Below, in pieces: positions 24,724-38,098 of a stretch of DNA of 64,000 nt; positions within the stretch are counted from its first letter, which is position 1; every line of letters begins with the position of its first letter. Source of the DNA: Batkoa obscura. Its lineage: Eukaryota. The notes beneath the pieces are model-generated. The model searched no databases and was not told where the DNA came from. It saw only the letters and a program-made list of their open reading frames with translations. Location: positions 62,001 to 126,000 of the forward strand of contig JASVEC010000002.1 of assembly GCA_030770535.1 (NCBI GenBank), read 5' to 3'. A program made the position numbers and the translations under genes.

Positions 24724-26104
24724 ATGACCATTCTTCCTGAAACTATGAATCTTAACCCAGTAGCTCAAAGTGCTCAATTTATTTATGAAGTAAGAAACTT
24801 CGACTTTCAATTCTCAATAAAATGCGAATTCCAATATTAATCTTGTATTTCATTAGAATAGTGAATATGTTAGTGTCAATCTAGAAAATGTAGAAAAGTT
24901 TTGCCAAAAGCTTGAAGCTGATATCAATAATGTTCCATTCAATTATTTAAATTGGTCATTTCATGAGTTAAATCCAAACCCTAATTTTAAAAATGCATTG
25001 GAATGGTAAGGAAGATATTATCCTTTTTATTAGATAAAATATTAATCTTAATTTATTTTTTATTAAAAATTAATTTATGTATTTAGGATTTTTCTTGTTG
25101 ATTCTTTAAACTTTTCATTTTGGAGTGATTTAGAAATTAATAATGATATTAACTATATTAAAAAATACAAATATGGAGTTTTGTATAAAGGAAAAATTTA
25201 TCAGGGTTATTGGTCTTTACCAGCAGTTATTAATCGAGGTAAGTCAATAAATTGTTATTATTATTATTTTATAAATAGTAATTAATTAATCAAACTAAAA
25301 TAATGCTTTATAGCTTTAGATAATGGTATTGATTTATTAAATTTTAATACAATATTATCTATGACAAATGAAGAATTAAAACAATTGTTTTATTCGGATT
25401 ACTCTTTAATAGAACCTTATCCACCTTTAATAGAAGAGAGAATTTTTGTAATGAAACAAATCAGTTTTGTTATGATCTCCAAATATAATAATAAAGTTGA
25501 AAATCTAATTCAAAAAGGCAATAAAGATGCAATTCAATTAATGACTATAATAACTCAAGATTTTAATTGCTTTAAAGATCAATGTGAGTTTTTAGGGAAA
25601 ACAGTTCAATTTAATAAAAGAGCTCAAATTTTTATTGCTGATGTGGCCGCTTATTTAGAATATAAAAATTTAGGAGAGTTTAATAATATCAATCAAATTA
25701 CTATGTTTCCAGATTATAGGTAATTAATAAAATTGTAATTTTTAATAAAATTTGTTAATTTTGTTTTAAATTACTATAGAGTACCTCAGACTTTGTTAAA
25801 ATTAGGTAAATTAAAATTCCCTTCATTGTTAATTCATACTAATTCATGTATAGGAATTTTGAAATATAATGATAAATTAATGAACAAACTAATTCAAAAT
25901 GAAGCAATAGATTATGGTCAACTTGAAGAAATAGAAATACGTGGTAATAGCATTTGGGCAGTAGAATTAATAATACAACAATTAAATAAAAAATTCAATT
26001 TAAATGCAATTAAAATTGATTTTTATCTTTGGGAATATGCTCAACATTATAAATTACATTCCTCCAATTATCCAATTCATAGAACTAGATCTATTTACTA
26101 TTAA
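24724..26104 (+). CDS. QNG1: Queuosine salvage protein (DUF2419 / QNG1, queuosine 5'-phosphate N-glycosylase); multi-exon
   Basis: Motifs across exons: W|IFLVDSLNFSFWSD, GYWSLPAVINR, FNKRAQIFIADV, ITMFPDYR|VPQTL, EEIEIRGNSIWAVE, NAIKIDFYLW and terminal PIHRTRSIYY. Confidence 0.9.
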
Positions 26105-26152
26105 ATATTATTAAATATTATTAGAATAGAACAAAATAAAAATTAATATAAA

Positions 26153-26183
<31 letters not shown>

Positions 26184-26198
26184 TATTAATTCTACTTA

Positions 26199-28230
26199 TT
26201 ATAAATCAATACTAGAAATTTGTCTTTTAACTGAATTAGGGGCTTGGCTATTCATAGTTACCCAATTAATTGATTGCATTTGAACTACTCTTGAATATGT
26301 TCTTTGTAAAGCAAATGTTTCTTCATCTACAACACTATTTGATGAATCTTTGTTATCTTGTGATTCCCCTACCAAATTATTATTCCCCTTTGGCTGGAAT
26401 AATAACTCAGTTTTATCAATAGAGAGACAGATTAAGGTATTCTATAAAAAAAGAGAAACAAAAGTTAATTATTGAATTTAAAACTTAAAGTATAAAAACT
26501 TACTTTATTTTCATATAATGCATCAATTAAAGTAATAAATCTTCGAATTATATTACGATCACATTGATAAATATAGGGGATATTCGATAAAAAGACACTA
26601 TGATATTTTTCACTCAACTTTAAATAGTCCGCTGCATTTAAGGGCTACAATAAATATAATAAATATAATAAATATAATAAATATAATAAATAACAAATAA
26701 CTATTTCTCTTACTTGAACACATAATTCTTCAAAAGTAAATTTAGCTACTCCATTATTAGCATATGGTACTATTAATTCTCGTCCCAAGAAATGAAGTTT
26801 TTCTTGTTTAGCTAATTATGTTTAAAATATTAAAATTCTCAAGATTGAAATTAATAATAAACTACCTTGTTTTCCGTTTAGAAATTCTTTAAATAAAACA
26901 TCAAATTTGAATTCATTGATTTCATTAATAGGACTATAATTCAATAATAATTAACTATAATTAATAATAAATTAAACAATTTAATTTACCTTAAATATAA
27001 TTCATTTTTTTCAGTGACTAAATATTATATAAAAATATTCATATAAATTATTAATTTTAATATATTATTAATAATTAATTTACCTTGTCTTCTATAGTCC
27101 AAACCAGAATTTAAATCAATTACATTTAATTTTTGTTTTAATAATTCAATACATGGTATAAAACTTTGTCGTTGAATACCGTCTTTATATAATTCTAATT
27201 TGTATATTGTTTAATATTCTTGATTTCTTCTATTTTCTTATAATAACAAAATAATTCAAATTTACCATTTGGATGTCTATTCGAAGTAATTATAATAGTT
27301 ACATTATTTTTAAATAATTCATCAAATATTCTTCTTAAAATCATGGCATCTGCTATATCGGTTACCTAATTTAATTATTAAAATTATTTTAAAATAAAAA
27401 TCAAATATATTAATATTGAATTTTACTTGTAATTCATCAAAACAAAGTATTTTAGCATTTTTCGATAATTCCATAATAATAGGTGGTATTGGATCCCTTA
27501 TTTTTTTGTTTTTTTTGATTTGATGAATACCTTAATTGATGAAATTATCGTATAAATAATATAATATAAATTAAATATTATTGATATTAATATACTTACG
27601 TTCATGTATTTCAATCATAAAAGCATGGAAATGAACTCTTCTTTTAGGTAAGGTTGTTGGTAAACTATCATAAAATAACTCCATTAGCATTGTTTTACCT
27701 GTACCTAAAATAAATATATAATTATAATAATTGTTATAATTACAATAATAATTATTCATTTTACCTACACTACCAAATAAATAAATTCCATTGTTATGCA
27801 TTGCATCTCCCTTTACATCGTTATCTATTTTACTCTCCTCTTCTTTAATGAACCAAGATTTAACTTTATTCAATAACGACGTATTGTTATTATTATTATT
27901 AGTAACACTGTTATTTGATTTATTATTATTATATTTATTTAATACATTAAAATAAATAACATCCAATAAATTAATAATTTTTAATTGAAATTCATCCATA
28001 TTATATATTTTATTTTTAACTTTAGATAAATACAGTTTCTTAGGTGTATAATTGGTATTCATTAAAGAGATGGATTCTATTTCTTCTTCATTATTATTAT
28101 TATTATTAGTAATAATAATATTAGGGTTAATATTGTTGAATCTAATTTTGGTAGTATGAACATAACGTGTTAATTTGGGTTGAATAGATAATTTTGTTCT
28201 ATTAATTAATTGTCGACTTCTTAATATCAT
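26199..28230 (-). CDS. AFG1: AFG1/LACE1 (ZapE-like) mitochondrial ATPase; many short introns
   Basis: Walker [61 protein letters not shown]-terminal [18 protein letters not shown]; basic N-terminus resembling a mitochondrial presequence. Confidence 0.9.
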
Positions 28231-29192
28231 TGTTAATCTTATATTTAAATTATTAGAAAATATTGTATAAAGAGTTAATTAACATCTATTCATCCGAAAT
28301 ATCCACAATGAAATTCAAATATCAATTTAATTGGTTCGTTTAGTTGACTAAGAAACATCCATAATTTTGAAAAACTAAGTATTAAAACTTCAATTAATAT
28401 AAAAAAACTAATATCATTTTATATATATTTTATTAAGTTTATTTTCTGTTTCTATTGGGTAGATTAGTTCGTGGAAAATATTAGAAATGCCTCAAGTTTC
28501 CTATAACTTGAACAAACTTAATGAGTAGTTTCCAAATTCCATTGTAATTTCAAGCTACTCATGCTCAACAGTGATCAAATATCATCACCTACATAAAGAA
28601 TGTTGTTTAAAACATATTATTAGGAGAAATATCACACCATACTTTTCGTTTATTTTTATAATAAAGTTTAGTTACTGATGATTTTAATATTTTAAAGTTT
28701 GATTCTTGCTTTCATTCTTGTCCTTTCTATACTTCCACTTTTTATTTTAACCTTTTCTTTTGGGTTTAAAATTTCTTAAACCATTAGATCCCCGAATGGA
28801 ATAGCAGTGATATTTCATCATCATCAGTTTAATCAATCTGTCACTAAACATCATTTGGTAAATAGTTTAAAGTGATGATATAATCATCTCTTAAATGTTT
28901 TATTTATTTGATAATTTTTTAACCTTTAATTATATAAGGAACAAAAGATAAAAAACAGACATTTTGAAATTTATCAATATAAGCTGATATTTATAAATTT
29001 TCTTATTTCTTTATTCGAAAAGTTTGACATTTATATTAAGCTAATTTGAAATCCACCAATCAAACTTTAAAATCCTTAAAAAGTTCTTAATTATTTGTTG
29101 AATCCCTTACCAAGCAAAGGGCAGTAAAGGACTATATAAACCTCAACTCATTTAAATTTTTTTAAATAAAAATTTAACTTCACATTAAAAAG

Positions 29193-30138
29193 ATGAATAA
29201 TTATAACGATTATTTAGCCCAGCAACAACAAATCCAACAACAACAATTACAAGCTCAAGTTGATTTACAAAATCAAATTATTAATAATCACAATCAAAGC
29301 ATTAATCAATATCAACAACAACAATTAGAACAATTGAAAAATCAAGGAAATTATAATAATAATAATAATAATAATAATAACTATAATAATAGCAATTACA
29401 ATAATAACAATCAAGGTGTAATATTCCCAACTCCAAATAAACCTTTAGAAGATCCTAATTTTTATAATGGGAATCAACATAGTAATAATAATCATAGTCA
29501 AAATAATAATGATGGAAAGCCAAATGCAGATTCAGGCGTTGAACCATGGAAGGTAAGTTTAATTTTTTATACTTACTAAAAAAAACAGAAAGTAATGAAT
29601 TCAATTAATTAACCCTTAAATTTAGGTAGTTGCAGGTGTAGGCGGAGGTTTAGCAGCTGTAGCAGGGTTAGCTTATGGTGGGTATAAATTAAATGAACAT
29701 TTAAATGAAAAGAAAAATCAAAAGCTAAAAGAAGAAGAAGAAAGAATGAATAATAAACTATTAGCGGAAGCTAATTATTATTCTAATAATAATAATAATG
29801 GAAATTATGGTTATGTTAGTAATAACAATAATGGCTATGGTAATGAAAAACATGGTAAAGAACACAATATCTATAGTAATAATGGTAATGAAAACTATAA
29901 TAATAATATGAGTCATAATAATGGTTATAACAATGATACGAATTATAATAGTAACAGTAATATGAATCATAATAGTAATCATTATAATGATAGTAAACTT
30001 CCTTTTCCTCAACCTTCAAACATGAATTATGGTAATGATAACAATAATGGATATAATAATAATAGCAATAGTAATAATAATGGGTATAATAACAGTAGTA
30101 GCTTTGGTATGCCTCAACCCCCTAAATATTATCAATAA
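29193..30138 (+). CDS. Q/N-rich glycine-zipper protein, paralog of 22025-22927 (intron 29553-29625)
   Basis: Shared block QQQQLQAQ.D.QNQIINNHN.SI.Q.QQQQL..LKNQG.YN; same intron position in WK|VVAGVGGGLAAVAGLAYGGYKL; N/G/Y-rich tail. Confidence 0.75.
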
Positions 30139-30415
30139 AATAAGTTATAGCTTTTTTATATATATTTGTAGTTTTAAAGTTCCCCTATTATTTATACTTT
30201 AGTGTGTTATTTTTTATTTGGTATTTTATAAGAGGTAATATTATATAAATCTATTAATAATTTTAGGAAATAGATTTTTATCTTCTAATATCATTATCCT
30301 ATAAAAATGAGGTAAGTTTCAATATATTACATTTAAATAAATTAGTTTATAAGATATTCTATTTTTTTAGATATATACAATAGTAATGAAGAAGTTGATT
30401 TAAGTATAAGAATAT

Positions 30416-30522
30416 AGGGGTGTTTTTCTTTTTTGCTTCATCCTTTTTTCATCTTTTAAGCACTATTAGAGTGGAAAAATTATTAGTAAAATTTAAAATT
30501 CTTAAACAAAAAATACCTTCCC
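30416..30522 (-). mobile_element. MITE family A copy
   Basis: Reverse match with a small internal TAAAATT duplication. Confidence 0.8.
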
Positions 30523-31097
30523 ATGAATTATTAAAAAACAAATTTATTGTCAATTAGTAATTAATTAACAATAGTTAATTTACAAATAGGAAATAGTAAT
30601 TCTTATTAAAAATAAAACTAAATAATTAAATTTATACTAATTATATTATTAATATCAAATCCATTATATGTTTATGTAATAGCTATAATTCCAACTTAAA
30701 TTGCGAAATTTTTATACATACAAACTCTTGGCATAAGCAATTCAATAGAACAAATTAGGTTGATTTAAAAGAACATCATATATATAAGTAAAACTTAAGA
30801 TTAAGGACAAGATTTTCTATTTCACTTATTTTTTATGTAATGTAAATTTTTGAAAAAATAAATACTAAAAAAATGTTTAATGGGTTACTTATCTTAAAAT
30901 TAAGCAAAAAAACAAATATTTTATAGTACTTAGTACTTAATTTGCAATTTTTGCTAAAATCTAAATTAAACAAAATTAAATCAAACTTTTGAACATATAT
31001 AAGATTCAGTAATAAAGTTGAATTTTAACAAATATAAATATTATAAAAAAAAATATAAGAAAACAAATTTAACTTATATTCCTATTATTTATTTGAC

Positions 31098-31979
31098 TTA
31101 AGATTCATTTGAATAACCAGTATAAAAAAGATTTGTTATTGAACGTAATATATTTTTAGGTGCTAACTTCTCTTCACTACTGTCACTATCACTTTTGGTT
31201 CCAATTCTAGTTTTATTAATCCAATCTAAATACGATTGAACTCTAACAAAACCATCTGGAAAATTTTTATCAATGACACATTTTTCTTCACCAAAAGAAA
31301 CAATACCTATCTGTACGTAGGCATTCTTTTTGTTGTCATAAAAAACCAAAGGACCCCCTGAATCTCCATTACAAATACTTTGTTTTTTATGTTGATATTT
31401 AGTACATAGTACTTTGTTTTTATCTAATGAACCAAATTCTTTCCATTTTTTAGCACATTTATTAACATCAACGAGTTTAACTTTAGCTACTTGTAACTCT
31501 TTAGCAGTTTCTCCAGTTTCATAAACTTGATAACCCCATCCAATAACAGTTAAATTTTTGATTTTTGAATCCTCTTGAATCTTATTGTCAGGTAATAAAA
31601 CACTTTGATACTCTACCTCCGTTGAAATTTCTTTTTTTAGTTTCCAAATAGATATATCATTTACTACATTTTCTTCATCATACTCTTCATGATTAATAAT
31701 TTGTTGAACTTCACTACTGAACCCTGATTCTTCATTATCTGTTTTACTTAAATCAAATCGATGAATATGAACCGTGATATTATTAAGATTTTCAGGCTTA
31801 CAATGAGCAGCTGTGAGTATTGTAGAAGAGTCTAATAAGGAACCACCGCAAAAATGACTTCCTTGTTCTTGAATGGAAACAATAAATGTATAACTAAATG
31901 GTTTTGCAACGTCACCATTGACAATACGATGTTGACTGGTTATATAATTGATTAACAGTAGAAATAGAAGTGGAAACAT
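31098..31979 (-). CDS. Secreted S1 (trypsin/chymotrypsin-fold) serine protease
   Basis: Signal peptide, R-IVNG activation site, HFCGGSL, LTAAHC, NDISI, CNGDSGGP. Confidence 0.95.
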   Translation of the reverse strand: MFPLLFLLLINYITSQHRIVNGDVAKPFSYTFIVSIQEQGSHFCGGSLLDSSTILTAAHCKPENLNNITVHIHRFDLSKTDNEESGFSSEVQQIINHEEYDEENVVNDISIWKLKKEISTEVEYQSVLLPDNKIQEDSKIKNLTVIGWGYQVYETGETAKELQVAKVKLVDVNKCAKKWKEFGSLDKNKVLCTKYQHKKQSICNGDSGGPLVFYDNKKNAYVQIGIVSFGEEKCVIDKNFPDGFVRVQSYLDWINKTRIGTKSDSDSSEEKLAPKNILRSITNLFYTGYSNES

Positions 31980-32493
31980 GATCTTATAAAATTATAGAGT
32001 TTAGAAAAGAGTATGAATTGATTGAATTTATTTATGATTGTTATTTTATATTTTTAATGTTCTTTGTTTTTAAAATTTATAATAATTTATTAATTATTAG
32101 ATAGAATTTCTATTTATAGTAATTAATTACTCGAAATTAATATTTGGGTTAATATTTTAATTTATTGAGATAATTTAAATAGTGAATTATAATAAAGAAA
32201 TGATATTGATAGGAATTATAAAGCTTATATTAATATAACCTATATATCTATAAGAATAAAAAAGGTATATTTTAATGTTTAGTTTTATTTTAGCTTTTAT
32301 TAAAATCAATTCACTATTACTAATGTTATTAAAAATTGTACTTTTTTAATACTAATATTTATTAATATAGGCTTCAAAAAAAATACTCAAAATGTACAAT
32401 CCAAATATAAAGTTACTTATTTTATAAAAATAAAGTATTTTTGTTTAAAAAAATCTATTTCTTAGTTATTCAAGTAAACTTAATTTAGTATAT

Positions 32494-32691
32494 GGGGATG
32501 TATTTTCGTATTTAAGGATTTTACTAACAATTTTTCTACTAAAATAGCGCTTAAAAGATGGAAAAAGTAATGAAGCCAAAAAAAACACCCCTATATGGGG
32601 ATGTATTTTTGTATTTAAGAATTTTACTAACAAATTTTCTACTTAAATGGCACTTAAATGGAAAAAATAATGAAGTCAAAAAAACACTCCT
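32494..32691 (+). mobile_element. Tandem MITE family A dimer (32494-32592 and 32597-32691)
   Basis: ATAT-[A]-ATAT-[A]-ATAT arrangement. Confidence 0.9.
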
Positions 32692-34490
32692 ATATAATCT
32701 TTTGAAAATATTTTGTCTATTTAAACTGGTTTCAAACCATCTTTCACCTTATTTATTTCAGTATCAGCCTTAGTATTGTGATAACATTGATAATAGTGAA
32801 TCAAATTTTGACTGTGGTTATTTTTAATAGATATTATTAATGTTGATATTGTATATTTAATTGGTTTTGTTAAGAAATGCTATTCAAAGCTGTATTTTTT
32901 TTGAATTGGGATGAAGGTAGAGTTGAGTATATATAGGTTTGGAAGTTTGATTCAATTTTTGTTTAATTTAAATTTGTTTAGTATTTATTTTCAAAAATAT
33001 TTATATTACATAAAAAATAAATAAAGTAAAATGTGAAATTTTATCCTTAACCTTAACCAAGCTTTTAGTTATATTAAATATTTTAATAATTAAATATAAT
33101 TTAATACATAAGGATTTATAGAAACTCTAAAATGTAATGTATGTAGTTACAAAAGATTCAATATTACTATAGTACCAACATAAATATTAACTAGCCTAAG
33201 ACCTTTTATTTTTAATAACTTTATATCGAAGCTATAACCCCATAGTTAGGTATACTATTTAATATAAGGGATATTCTTTTTGATTCAGTGTTTTATTCAT
33301 TTTTTGTGATACGAAATTTCAAAATAAAAAACACAATTCTACAAGTTACACTTGAATTGAACCTTAACTTGAGACAGACGTAGTACTTTAACATTGTTTC
33401 GTCCAACCCTAGGGAGTATATCCACTCTAAAAGTCTTATATTTATTATCAATGATATTGATATTAGGGTTTATAACAGATATAAGCTCCGATTATTTTTA
33501 ACTTGAGCAAGTTAAAGTATTTGAAAACAAAATGACATTAATACTAACCTATCAAGTAGTTCTATAATTAGTTTAGTATCAATTTCAATAATGTTTATGC
33601 TGTATTGATTTCAATAAAAGATTTTAAAGCCCAATTTTTATATATTTGGAGCTAACTTGAATATGATATTTGTAAGCCAATTCAATGGCTTTTACTGAAA
33701 AAATCACGTTTAAAGTATTTTAATAAGATTTGATATATAATTACAGTAGCACAATCTCAAGCAATACTCATTAACTAATGGGTGCTCATTTTAGCAAACG
33801 CATATAGTTTTTTATTGTATAGTCCTTGATCTTACATTTGATAGTGATATCAAATAATAGAAATTAAAGAGAATAAATTGAGTAAATTGGTTTTGTGTAA
33901 TATTTTTACAAATTATGATCAGAGTTGCTTGATTAAAAAATCCCTTATTTTTAGGCTGAAAATTATTAAGCCTTTTTTTTCTAAATTCCGAAGAGTAGAA
34001 GCTATCAAGTGCTTTGTTTATGGTTATAAAAGGAGGATAAATTAAATATAAGAGTTGGGTTTCTATAGAAGACAAGAGTAGGTATCGGGTTATGTTAGTA
34101 GAAAACTAGATGCTTAGAGAAGCATTAAGCTTATTTTAGAACTTTAGATTCCGCTAGAAGCTTATCATCAAAATTCAATAATTATAACCTAATTGGTTGA
34201 AATCTTTTAATTGGAATTATAGGACTATAATTGGTCAAATTCTGAAAACCGTATTACTTAAAGCCAATAAAATGGGGATTTGTCTTATTAATAGAATTAA
34301 TTTAAACCTATTGTTATTAAGTTAAGTGATAAAGCTAAATTAATTGGTCAATTTTAAATTTCAAATCTATTAGACCAATTATATTTCAAGAAACATGAGT
34401 TTCCTAATCCTTAACCAAGGAAAATAGTATAAACACATAATTCAAAACGGTTTTCTATTTTCCTTTAATCAATAAAAGATAAATTAAAAA

Positions 34491-36903
34491 ATGAATTATA
34501 ATCGCTTAAACCCATACCCCAAACAACGAGGAGGAAATGGACAAGATAATCAAAAATATTTAAATAACTATCGTGGGGGACCTAATACTCGAGAACATGG
34601 ACGTAATAATATACGTTCCAATCGTGTTGGTTACCACCATAAAAGCAACAGTAACGGTTGGCCAAATAATAATAATAATAATATGAATTTTAATAGAAAT
34701 ACTTATGAACAAAGTTATGAAAAACCAAACTATAATGCTTTTGTTAGGAATCAAGTTATTTCAAAGAGTTCAAAAGGTATGCATTTAATTTTAAAATCAA
34801 TGTCAAAATTACAATAATTGAAAATATTAAAAAAACAATCAAATCTTTGCATAGTTAAAAATTTTATATTTGATTTAAAGATAGTCAAAACATGTTACTT
34901 ATTAAATTTTTTTAAAAGATTCATCCAAAGCAGATAAACATGTAATAATTGAAAAATCAAGAGAAAATCCAGTACGTTGTTTATTTATAAGAAATATTGA
35001 GGTATATAACTATTGTTAATATTTTTTCGAATAATATCTAAAGCTTTTATTTTTTTAAAATATTTTTTATTTTATTCAAACTCATCTATTAAAGAGTGGA
35101 ACACATGAATCCGAATTGCTTGATTTCTTTACGCCTTTTGGTGAGATTAAAACAACAGTGTACCATGATACAAAAGGTGTACTTTATATAACTTTTGTAA
35201 GTAAATTTCATTATTTTAAAAAAAGTCAATACTTTGGTATAATATCTGATACTTTGGTATAATATCTAATACTTTGTTAAAATCAGAAGCTAGAAATAGC
35301 TATATAAAGAAGTCATTAAACAAAATACTTATCTATTCTTTATAGTATGATATTCGTGCAGCAATACAAGCTAAAGTTAGCGTTGATGGAATTAGCTTTA
35401 AATCAAAAACGGTATGTATAATTTTAAAAAGATGCTAATAAAAACTAATGTTAATTAAATAGCTTGATGTACATTATTCCTTTTTCAAGGCAGGTACTGA
35501 TTTCACCCTACCACCTGCAGGTATAGATAATCAGGTATTTTAATACAAATATTATATAACAAAAAATAATTTACTTTTTACAAGGGTTCAATTAAAATTG
35601 CATTTCCAAGTAATAGTGTCCCAACCGAAGAATATTTGTATAATTTTTTTTCACAATTCGGAGAAATTGAAGACATCATTACTTGTGAAATTCCAAGGTA
35701 ATAGTTATAATTAAACATTGATGATTGTTTATACTAATTTAATTAACATAGCACTAAGATTATTTCATTTTTTGATGCTAGAGCATCACATGATGTCAAA
35801 CACAAAGTTAATTGGGAATCTTTTGGTGTCCTTCCAACAGCATTTGATTTAGCATGGGATCCTCGTAGGTAAGTGTTTAACTATGATTATAAAACAAAGT
35901 ATTTATATATTGTTTAGTTATAGTCAACCTGAAGCTGGTAAAGTAAAAAGTAAGGCTAAAAGTAAAACACTTAGTCCAAAGTATAAAAATGAAAGAAATT
36001 ATGAAAGAAATTACTATGACAATCAAAACTATTATAATGAACCACAAAATAATAACTCTTATTATAATAATAATACCTATGACTCAAATGCAACACCAGT
36101 GAATAATTATTCTTCAGCTTATGCTTACGATTCACCTGGTAAAAGAAGTTATAACAATGATGATAATAATGGTATTATTGAATATAACCCAGCATCAACT
36201 TTACCTCATCAAAATACTGCAAAAAGAAACTCGGCTACTAAAGAAGTAATTAAAATTAAAACTCTATTAATTAATTAACTTAATTGTATTTTAGATGACT
36301 TATAATGATTATAATAATTATAACAAACAAGAACTAAAAGGAGAACCTCAGTTATCTCAATTTGAGGCTTATCAAAGCAAATTTCAAATTAATAAGAAAC
36401 ATGAAGAAATTGAAGCAGATTCTTATAATCCAGAATCATCTTTAAATCAACTTGATAAAATAGCTGAAAAACAAAATCATTTAAGCTATGACAAAGGTAA
36501 ATTTATATTATAAAACATCAACATAAAATATTAACAAATCCTAAAAGATAATTATTATAACTCAAATTATGATAATAATGGCTTAAATACTAACTATTAT
36601 AACAAGGTGGGAGTAAGTAAGAAAAATGATTATAGCAAATATAATGAAGATAAAAATTTAGTATCAGAATATTTAAACAATTTAAATAAAACAGTAGAAA
36701 ATAAAATAACTAATAATACTACTGTTGTAAAAGAAATAAATAGTAGTAATGAAAATAGTTGGAATGAAACTAAAAAAGCGCCAGAAAATAATAATATGCA
36801 ACAAGTATCTACGCTACTTGAATTATTGGTAACTATAATAATATTCTTTTAAAACTATTAAATTAATTCGCTTGTTTAGGCTAAAGTTGGAGATAAAAAA
36901 TAA
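34491..36903 (+). CDS. RNA-binding protein with two Mei2-like RRMs and N/Y-rich disordered arms; many introns
   Basis: Spliced reading gives PVRCLFIRNIE, FTPFGEIK, ITF|YDIRAA, LDVHYS, DNQ|GSI, FSQFGEIE, FFDARAS; ends LLELL|AKVGDKK*. Confidence 0.75.
35230..35277 (+). repeat. 20-bp tandem repeat, about 2.5 units, in an intron of the RRM gene
   Basis: TACTTTGGTATAATATCTGA / TACTTTGGTATAATATCTAA / TACTTTGT. Confidence 0.8.
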
Positions 36904-37176
36904 AAAGTAATCACGTGGTATAATTTAAAATTAATGTATGATTATTTGCACACTATTTTATTATCTTACAAAGTGATAAATATTAATCTCTCTCTCAATA
37001 TAAATAAAATTTTAATCGCTTTTATTTTTTTCAAAGTTGTATACTTATTTTCAACCAAACCAATTTTTTATTAATTTTTGTTTGTATGATTATGCTTAAA
37101 ACAAGCTGCTTTTTTCCAAAATTATCAGATCAAAATCTTTAAGTTAAATATAGTTTCTAATAAGAAACTATCAAAT

Positions 37177-37271
37177 GTGGATGTATTTTTGTCTTTAAGA
37201 ATTTACTAACAATTTTTCTGCTCAAATAGTGCTTAAAAAGTAGAAAAGATGAAATCAAAAAAAACATCCCC
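37177..37271 (+). mobile_element. MITE family A copy
   Basis: Full length; AAAT on both flanks. Confidence 0.9.
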
Positions 37272-38098
37272 AAATTTTAAAGTTAATAAAGTTCTATTTT
37301 GAATATTGATGAATAAATGAATATTAATAGAAATTATAGTACATAGAGAGATAAATCGAAATAAAAGGGTTCAAACAAGTATATAATAGAGTTTTTACAA
37401 CACAAATAATATAAGACCATTCAACTTTGAATAAAGGTTAAAGTGTGAGAATATCTTTAATTTCAATAATTTATCATATTTATGCAAAATAAAAGCTAAA
37501 AAACTCTTAAAAGCCCAGCCCCAAGTATTAAGTTAAAATTTTTGAGCAAAAAAAATATGCCCATATACTTTCAAAACGTAAAATGTAAAACCTTATTAAC
37601 TTTAACTTTGAAAAATTTCTTATTTTTTATAAAAAAAGATGCTACTGCCGCATTGACATTTTTACTATGTTTTATAGTATGTAGGTAAGTTTCAAACTCA
37701 GTTAATATTATCACTAAAACTTCCTAGTTTGAGTTAGTGTTAACTTTGGAACATCTGTATACGAATTTCATTTTTGTTCTATTGATCCTTTTTTATGCAA
37801 CCTAAAATCAAAATGTTATCAATCAAATACTAGAACAATGTCAATTATTCTCACAGGGTTTGTGCTTAGTTTCCGTTTTCCAGAAGGAGTTGAGACCGGA
37901 AAATAATTGAACCTTAGGTTTAAATTGGCCTTGGATGCAGTATAGTATTATCTTTTTTAAGTTTAATATGATCTAATTTTCAAAAAGGGTTTACAATAGT
38001 TTAGGGTTAAAAGTTTATTTTATATCCAATTTAAAAATTCATATTATCTTGACCAAAAAATCCTTATTTTTTTATTAATGATTATGGTAAAACCATAA

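Noticed and set aside
32494..32691. Recurrent ~98-bp repeats as a CRISPR array
   Set aside because: Copies are dispersed, in both orientations, with TIRs and target duplications and no unique spacers; the context is eukaryotic with no cas genes
36912..36917. CACGTG Pho4-type E-box
   Set aside because: Single hexamer just after the RRM gene stop, far from the phosphate transporter
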